A stretch of 64,000 nucleotides of DNA, taken from positions 1,632,001 to 1,696,000 of the forward strand of contig OY969763.1 in the NCBI GenBank assembly GCA_963702845.1, read 5' to 3'. Shown here one piece after another: positions 58,139 through 64,000 of the stretch (position 1 is the stretch's first letter; each line of letters starts with the position of its first letter). This DNA is from an uncultured Verrucomicrobiae bacterium (GTDB lineage: Bacteria > Verrucomicrobiota > Verrucomicrobiia > Limisphaerales > Palsa-1400). The position numbers and the translations under genes were made by a program. The notes under the pieces were generated by a model, which was not told the DNA's origin, ran no database searches, and saw only the letters and a list, made by a program, of their open reading frames with translations.

Positions 58139-60412
58139 ATGGACAACACCACATTTAAACGAGTGCTGACGAGTTTTGCTGACACCCCGGGAAGCGTCGA
58201 TTTTTCGAAAGGCAAACTGGTATGCGAAATTCAAGACAAGATGATTGAAGCAACGCTTCAGTCTCGTGACGGAGAGCTTTGGGTTAATGAGCATGGGGAA
58301 GAGATGGCGGCGCATAAGTGGATTTTGCAACGTGTCGCACGTTTACCGATTCTGGCCGAGCGAATTTCTTCCGCATTTGAAGAGCCTGAAAATTTTATAA
58401 CGCCGAAAGCTGATTCCATGAGCAATTTGGATGAGCTTAGTGCCGGCAAATTCGAGCAATACGGGGATGCGACGACCCTGACGTTGGAACTTCTGGATCG
58501 TCGTCCTGGAGGATGTTCGAGTGTTGTGTATTTAACATCGGATGCAGGCGAAGGTAAAACGACGCTGATGCGTCATTTGGCCAGGCTACAGGCGGAGAGG
58601 TTTAAGGCCAAGCAGAGTGATTGGCTGCTAGTACCTATCGAGCTCGCCGGCAAGCCACTGCTGAGCTTTGATGATCTAGTGATCGGTTTTCTGAGCAATC
58701 GGCTCCGGTTCCCGCTGTTTTATTTCGATGCGTTCATGGAAATGGTGAAACTGGGGGTAATTGTTCCGGCCTTTGACGGGTTCGAAGAAATGTGGGTGCA
58801 AACGCCGCAAGGCGATGCTCTCTCCGCGATTGGAAGTCTGATGGGGACGATGGATTCAGCCGGAACAGTTTTGATTGCCGCCCGAAAAGCTTATTTCGAG
58901 TATCAAGACGTCAGGGCACAAGCCAGGTTGTTTGACTCAATCGGCAATAGTGCTGTGGTATTTTCCCGAGTCGCCATCCAGCGCTGGAACGAACCGCAGT
59001 TCCTACAATATTGTGAGAAACGCGGGATTAGTAATGGAAGAGAGATATTTAGCCGTGTAGCAGAGCGGCTAAAACCAGACCATCCCTTGCTCACGCGTGC
59101 TGTATTGATCAAGAGATTGCTGGACGTAGCGCAGGAATCCGGAAGTCTAGCCCAACTGCTGCAGGAAATTGGTAACTCGCCAGTAAATTACTTTGCGGTC
59201 TTTGTAAAAGCGATCGTCGAACGCGAGGCGCGGGAAAAATGGATAAATACGAAGCGAGACCCCCATGTCCCGCTATTAACAGTAGATGAGCATTTCGAGT
59301 TACTCGCTACGGTCGCACAGGAGATGTGGACGCTCTCGACGGACAACCTGAAAGGGGATGTCTTGGATTTGCTAACTGATCTGTTCTGCGAGGCTCGAAA
59401 GCTAGACGCGGACGTCACCTTCCAGATCAGAGAGCGAACGAAACAGCACGCCCTGATAGTGGGAGCCCCTGGCGCACGAAAGACGTTTTCGTTCGACCAC
59501 GAGGAGTTCAAAAACTTTTTCCTCGGAGAATCAGTAGGACAGATCTGCAGGAAGGCGGACCCTACCAAGAAGTTGGAACTTTTGGGCATATTGCGCAAAG
59601 CTACGCTGCCGAGCCAGGCGGTTGATGCGGCGCTCGCCACAATCCGAAAAAGTAAGAGCTTCAATAGCACTAAGGTCACCGCATTCCTGCAAGAGGTGGC
59701 GGGGTTGGATGGTCCAACGTCCTTCACCCGGGAGAATGTAGCGCGTTTGTTATTGAGGGTTCTGCATAGAAGCGCTTCGGATGGGATCACGTTCGTCGAC
59801 ATGTCTTTTGGAGTCGATGCGTTGCGCCACCTCGAACTCGATAACGTCACGTTCAATCAATGTTTATTCGCTCCAACTTCATTAGAAGATTCAATATTGA
59901 AGAACTGTAAATTTTCCAAGTGCCACTTCGACCAACTGATATTGCATTCATCCATGAAAATATTGAAGAGTGTGCTTGACTCCGACGAAGGAGAAATCGG
60001 AAGCATTTTACCAAGTGGTGCCCAAGATCCGGTGTACGATCCTTCGCGGTTTGGCCCACTGTTACAGAGGGCTGGCTTTGAAATTCCTAAAGTCGCCGGT
60101 CCAGTGACGACAAAGGTTGACGAGGATCAGTCCATGAAGATGTTCCGGCGGCTAATTCGACAATTCCAATACGGATCGCGTATTACCGAACCCGCCCTAG
60201 TCAAGCGACTGGGGCCCTTGGGAGGTTGTTTTGTGAAAGAAGTTGTGCCCCAGCTAGTGAAGGCCGGCGTTCTCGCTTTGGAATGGAGCACGGCTATAAA
60301 GCAGGAGCAGTATCGTCTTAACATTTCGATGGAGCGTATCTACGAAGCACTAAGAATCAGCTGGCCGTCAGTTGATCATTTAGTTGCCGAGATTACGCGC
60401 CCAACGGATTAG
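58139..60412 (+). CDS. NACHT/STAND-like P-loop NTPase with pentapeptide-like C-terminal repeats
   Basis: Walker A SDAGEGKTT, Walker B VPAFDGFEE, FSFDHEEFKNFFLG, LDNVTFNQCLF...LKNCKFSKCHF. Confidence 0.8.
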   Translation: MDNTTFKRVLTSFADTPGSVDFSKGKLVCEIQDKMIEATLQSRDGELWVNEHGEEMAAHKWILQRVARLPILAERISSAFEEPENFITPKADSMSNLDELSAGKFEQYGDATTLTLELLDRRPGGCSSVVYLTSDAGEGKTTLMRHLARLQAERFKAKQSDWLLVPIELAGKPLLSFDDLVIGFLSNRLRFPLFYFDAFMEMVKLGVIVPAFDGFEEMWVQTPQGDALSAIGSLMGTMDSAGTVLIAARKAYFEYQDVRAQARLFDSIGNSAVVFSRVAIQRWNEPQFLQYCEKRGISNGREIFSRVAERLKPDHPLLTRAVLIKRLLDVAQESGSLAQLLQEIGNSPVNYFAVFVKAIVEREAREKWINTKRDPHVPLLTVDEHFELLATVAQEMWTLSTDNLKGDVLDLLTDLFCEARKLDADVTFQIRERTKQHALIVGAPGARKTFSFDHEEFKNFFLGESVGQICRKADPTKKLELLGILRKATLPSQAVDAALATIRKSKSFNSTKVTAFLQEVAGLDGPTSFTRENVARLLLRVLHRSASDGITFVDMSFGVDALRHLELDNVTFNQCLFAPTSLEDSILKNCKFSKCHFDQLILHSSMKILKSVLDSDEGEIGSILPSGAQDPVYDPSRFGPLLQRAGFEIPKVAGPVTTKVDEDQSMKMFRRLIRQFQYGSRITEPALVKRLGPLGGCFVKEVVPQLVKAGVLALEWSTAIKQEQYRLNISMERIYEALRISWPSVDHLVAEITRPTD

Positions 60413-60430
60413 CCCGGGAAAGATTGCAGT

Positions 60431-60483
60431 TGCGCTGCCGGCGCTGGAGGCCAGGTGCACGAAAAGGTAATACCCTAGCTGCG
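60431..60483 (+). repeat. 53-bp island repeat, copy 3
   Basis: tgcgctgccggcgctggaggccaggtgcacgaaaaggtaataccctagctgcg. Confidence 0.9.
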
Positions 60484-60606
60484 GTCCCCTGCGGTTGGCG
60501 TTCAGAGTTGCTTGACTGCGCTGTTACACTTCCGAGCTGGGTGGGTGCGGGCAGATGAACGCTTGAAACGACTCACCAGTGCAGAAGTATCAGCTGAACA
60601 GTAAAT

Positions 60607-62166
60607 ATGGAATTGACCCACATCCTCACATTCTTGTGGGACATAATCAACAACTGGGCTGGCTACGCAACCGGCGGATTGATCATGGCCCTTGTTTTTC
60701 TTGGGCAAACCTTGAGCAAAAAGTGGCAACCGTCGAGAGGGTTATTAAAGTTTCTATGCATCACGTTTTTGGCGCTCGCGATTTTCAAATCGTGGGACGA
60801 TCAGTATACATCTACCCTCACAATTCAAAAGTTGCTGAACGATAAATCACCCAAGTTAGACGGATTCATCCACAGGACTCTCATCGCCGATGAGCCAGGC
60901 ACGACAAACTCACTGATCCTAGCGGAAGTTAGCATATGCAACGCCGGGGCAATTCCAAGCATTGCAGAAGAATTCAGAGTGACTGCCTTGTTGCCACAAA
61001 CCAAATCCACGAACGCCCAAGATATTAATTTTTCGGATAAATATATCCTGAATTTTATTCACAAAGAAAAACCGTGGTTGCTCGATTTGAAAAGACCGCA
61101 ATTGATTGCTGAAAAAACGATCAAAGCGATACCCGTAGGTGAATCTCGACGAGGCTGGGTAGCCTTCAGGCTTCTTGGGGTGCCTACAAGCCGTCTCCAG
61201 CAGACCAATGTGGTGGTGTCATTTCTGGACATCGCCGGCACACGAATCCACGTGACGAATGGATTTTGGAAAGGAAAGCCGGGTAATCCGCAACCGCTCG
61301 ACGACCTAACGGCGACTATCCCTGAAGCGGAAAACATTTTCTATCTGGTTGAACCACCGGCGCGAACCAATTGGCTTCCGCCTGAGTTGCCAGCGGGCTG
61401 TAGCAACGTAGTAGTATTCCTTGGTGCTCAAGTGCTCGAACTTCCCGTTAAAATGGCGGAGATCTCGAGTGTCGGGAAAAAGTTTTCAATTTCAGAACTA
61501 CCAGATTTCCTATCGAAAGATTTGGATAAATCCCCGGACTATTCACCCCGCCGTCGGACGGTGTGGTTTCGGTCAAGTCCTCCTAAGACTTCCATTGGCG
61601 GAAAATCGATCGACTATCCTATTCAGCCGGCGGTCATCAGTAATCGCCTCTATGTTGAAGTAGAAATTCCTTTCTCCAACGAACGACGCGAGCTTGTTAT
61701 GAGTGATGATTTCGGCTCTCAACTTCCAATCCCGCAGAATTGGGACATTAATTTTAGTACGAACTACGATGCGTATGGAAATGGAATCTATGCGTATGAG
61801 GTTGTGAACGAATTAACCAATCCGGTACTGCAAGTGGTTTATACCGCACCTAACGAAGTTCACGTTAACGGAATTTTTCAAGTTGATACAAACAGCATAC
61901 TGGCCGCATTTGGTGAACCTCCAGTACTTGGCACATTTTCGTACACAAATCTTTCCACAAATGAAGGCTTAATGAAAGCGGCGCTGCAGATAGAGACTTT
62001 TCACGAAAGTTTGGTCATTCGCTCAAACGAATCTATCGCATCATTTGGGCAACGATTTACAAACGAGTTTTTTAGACCCATTTTCAAGTATCAAAGACCC
62101 ATATTTAAGTACCCATCGAATAGAAATCTCGGTGTCTTTGCAAATCCTGCGGGAACCAAACCTTAG
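60607..62166 (+). CDS. Hypothetical protein with two N-terminal TM segments
   Basis: 519-aa ORF, hydrophobic N-terminus, no recognisable motif. Confidence 0.7.
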   Translation: MELTHILTFLWDIINNWAGYATGGLIMALVFLGQTLSKKWQPSRGLLKFLCITFLALAIFKSWDDQYTSTLTIQKLLNDKSPKLDGFIHRTLIADEPGTTNSLILAEVSICNAGAIPSIAEEFRVTALLPQTKSTNAQDINFSDKYILNFIHKEKPWLLDLKRPQLIAEKTIKAIPVGESRRGWVAFRLLGVPTSRLQQTNVVVSFLDIAGTRIHVTNGFWKGKPGNPQPLDDLTATIPEAENIFYLVEPPARTNWLPPELPAGCSNVVVFLGAQVLELPVKMAEISSVGKKFSISELPDFLSKDLDKSPDYSPRRRTVWFRSSPPKTSIGGKSIDYPIQPAVISNRLYVEVEIPFSNERRELVMSDDFGSQLPIPQNWDINFSTNYDAYGNGIYAYEVVNELTNPVLQVVYTAPNEVHVNGIFQVDTNSILAAFGEPPVLGTFSYTNLSTNEGLMKAALQIETFHESLVIRSNESIASFGQRFTNEFFRPIFKYQRPIFKYPSNRNLGVFANPAGTKP

Positions 62167-62308
62167 CCCCTGTATTCTCGTTGAAAAACCGCTATGAACC
62201 GTCGGCGGCGCCGGCCCCGGCCCCTGGAGCGACCCGGACACCAAGATGGTGCCCGTATGGCACGCTTTTTATTTACAACGGGCTAAGCGGAGACTAGTTT
62301 TCGTAACC

Positions 62309-62551
62309 ATGAAAAATATATCACGGTGGGGAGGCTACTTTGCTTCGATCTTCGCTATCATATACTTTATCTCGGTTATTCTGTTTCGCGTACAGGTTAA
62401 CACCGTGCCTAGTTCGTTGTTAGCCTATACCAGATTTTGCTCCTTGGTGCTTGGAGCATTCTCCGGACTTGTTTGCATAGTATCAGCCATTTTATCAGCC
62501 ATTTTGCCGCCTGCCCTTCGTGCCGATCAAAAAGGCTTCGCCAATCAATAA
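62309..62551 (+). CDS. Small 2-TM membrane protein
   Basis: MKNISRWGGYFASIFAIIYFISVILF...; GGAG upstream. Confidence 0.5.
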   Translation: MKNISRWGGYFASIFAIIYFISVILFRVQVNTVPSSLLAYTRFCSLVLGAFSGLVCIVSAILSAILPPALRADQKGFANQ

Positions 62552-62672
62552 TCATCTCACGCCGAGCATCGCATCAATCCAACTGAACGAGGCGAAAGAT
62601 CCGGAATATGGGTGCGCTGCTAGCGCTATCAGAAATTCGAAACCCTCGATGCGCTTTTATTTGTCTTCGCAT

Positions 62673-63395
62673 TCAAATGGTCACTCCGGAGCTAACGGTT
62701 ATGGGTGAACCGTCCGCCACAAATGCTGAGTCCGGAGTTGCGCTTAATGGACTTGAGAACTGCGCGCCGTAAATCGACGCGATGTCGCAGCGCAGAACTG
62801 CGTTTCGTACCTGCCAAACGTACCAAGGATCGTGCGCCACGTGGTATTCCTTGCACGTGCCATTTGGTTGGGTGGTGTAACCCCAGTGGTGCTTAGTGAT
62901 GAATTCTTCTTTGGAACTTTCAATCACCGGCTGCAGGGCGCCAACGGTCGTGGCGGAGATTGTGTTCCAGTTACCTCGATAACACCACGCGTACTCTACG
63001 GACCCGCCGCTGGGCAACTTGTCGTTCACCGTCTCAATGGAGTGGGTCATTGGCATCACGGTGTAGGGTTCGTTGTAGTAGGTTCGTGCGACGGTCGCGA
63101 TTAGACGGCGAGGTACGATTTCTTTGATAAAAACGACGCCACGTCGCCAGCCGTCCGCAGCCCGGTGTCGCACATAGAAACGAAGATTCACCTCTTCGAA
63201 ATTGGAGTGCAGCGGCACGGAAACACCAAACACTTTGGTGCGCAGGAACAGAAAGCCAACAACGCTGAGGTAATTCTCGCCGTTCCATGTATCGAGTTCG
63301 ACGCCAGGTGGAATGTTGGGGCGGAGTAGTTCTGGATCGACAGCATAGTTGAGCATCAATAAATACTGCCAGTTGGCTGTGAGGAAGGTGCGCAT
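62673..63395 (-). CDS. YqjF/DUF2071 family protein
   Basis: FLTANW..L.MLNY, FEEVNLRFYV, RGVVFIKEIVP. Confidence 0.85.
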   Translation of the reverse strand: MRTFLTANWQYLLMLNYAVDPELLRPNIPPGVELDTWNGENYLSVVGFLFLRTKVFGVSVPLHSNFEEVNLRFYVRHRAADGWRRGVVFIKEIVPRRLIATVARTYYNEPYTVMPMTHSIETVNDKLPSGGSVEYAWCYRGNWNTISATTVGALQPVIESSKEEFITKHHWGYTTQPNGTCKEYHVAHDPWYVWQVRNAVLRCDIASIYGAQFSSPLSATPDSAFVADGSPITVSSGVTI

Positions 63396-63402
63396 CGAAC
63401 AT

Positions 63403-63816
63403 TCAAGATTTCTGCAACCCGCATTTACCTGAGATGCAATAACGGTTGTTTGCGAATGTGCGGTACCCTACATCGAATAGTTGCCTGAACACCGGGGTGA
63501 CGGAAAAAATATAAACTGGAAAGGCCCACCAGATCCGCCTCGTCACGTAACGATACACGTCCGCGCCCTGGATTTGCCGGCCGTCGCGGAGCAGCAAGCG
63601 TAAGTCTTTCAGAAGGTCTTCGCTGGACACGCTCAATTTTTCTTGAACCCAAGGGGCTTGCAGAGGCGCGATGTCGAAGCCTCGTTTGTGAAGCGTCATT
63701 CGCCAGAACGGAACCCAACGCCGACAAAACCCGCACGAAGCGTCGTAAAGAACCCATCCGTGGATTGTGCAGTCGTCAAACATCGAATCGACCGCAGTTG
63801 TTTGATGTTCGTGCAT
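63403..63816 (-). CDS. DCC1-like thiol-disulfide oxidoreductase (DUF393); start uncertain
   Basis: LYDASCGFC (DxxCxxC), YRTFANNRY. Confidence 0.85.
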   Translation of the reverse strand: MHEHQTTAVDSMFDDCTIHGWVLYDASCGFCRRWVPFWRMTLHKRGFDIAPLQAPWVQEKLSVSSEDLLKDLRLLLRDGRQIQGADVYRYVTRRIWWAFPVYIFSVTPVFRQLFDVGYRTFANNRYCISGKCGLQKS

Positions 63817-64000
63817 CTGCTTGTTCTCTTCCATATACCCCAGCGGTTTTGTGAGCACCATCCGCGAATGACCGCATGCGGGTGCGTTTTTTATCTGTGT
63901 GGTTATCATGGGATAAGCAATTGTATTGGAAAAGTGGAACGGGAAAAGTAACGTCGGTAAACCAAATGTACGTCAAACTATCGCTCCCAATTTTGATTTG

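Larger units (their letters stand above)
54090..64000. mobile_element. Genomic island integrated at the ssrA 3' end (right boundary not in window)
   Basis: Integrase 63 bp after the tmRNA CCA; heterogeneous orphan and defence-like cargo; dispersed repeats. Confidence 0.8.

Noticed and set aside
55625..60483. CRISPR array interpretation of the 53-bp repeats
   Set aside because: Spacing is 281 bp and about 4.4 kb, the spacers contain whole genes, and no cas genes are present.
55530..64000. attR of the ssrA island
   Set aside because: No copy of the ssrA 3' end was found by eye in this interval.

Overview
Bacterial genomic window, most likely Verrucomicrobiota (inferred from the PVM-type microcompartment locus, RNase HIII, the integrase type and RFYRV-type C-terminal domains). 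Bases 1-53.7 kb are mostly core or metabolic: frameshifted dinB, an Lgt paralog preceded by an unannotated Cys-repeat peptide gene, an EF-G paralog, an S1/P1 nuclease, methyl- and sulfotransferases, two sulfatases, an RND efflux triad, gcvT, a PVM-type bacterial microcompartment operon extended by a beta-carbonic anhydrase and an aldolase-like protein, mutY, rnhC, and alternative complex III followed by a CcoN-like subunit lacking most metal-binding histidines. From 53.7 kb, tmRNA (ssrA) is followed by a tyrosine-integrase island running off the window end. The best candidate for a new system is in this island: three direct ~53-bp repeats with internal dyad symmetry sit at gene 3' ends and divide the cargo into cassette-like units (a 46-aa membrane peptide; a zeta-toxin-like pair plus a NYN-nuclease/NACHT-NTPase pair that looks like anti-phage defence). 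Several short-period repeat hairpins also occur in the core region. All calls come from reading motifs by eye; no database searches were run.
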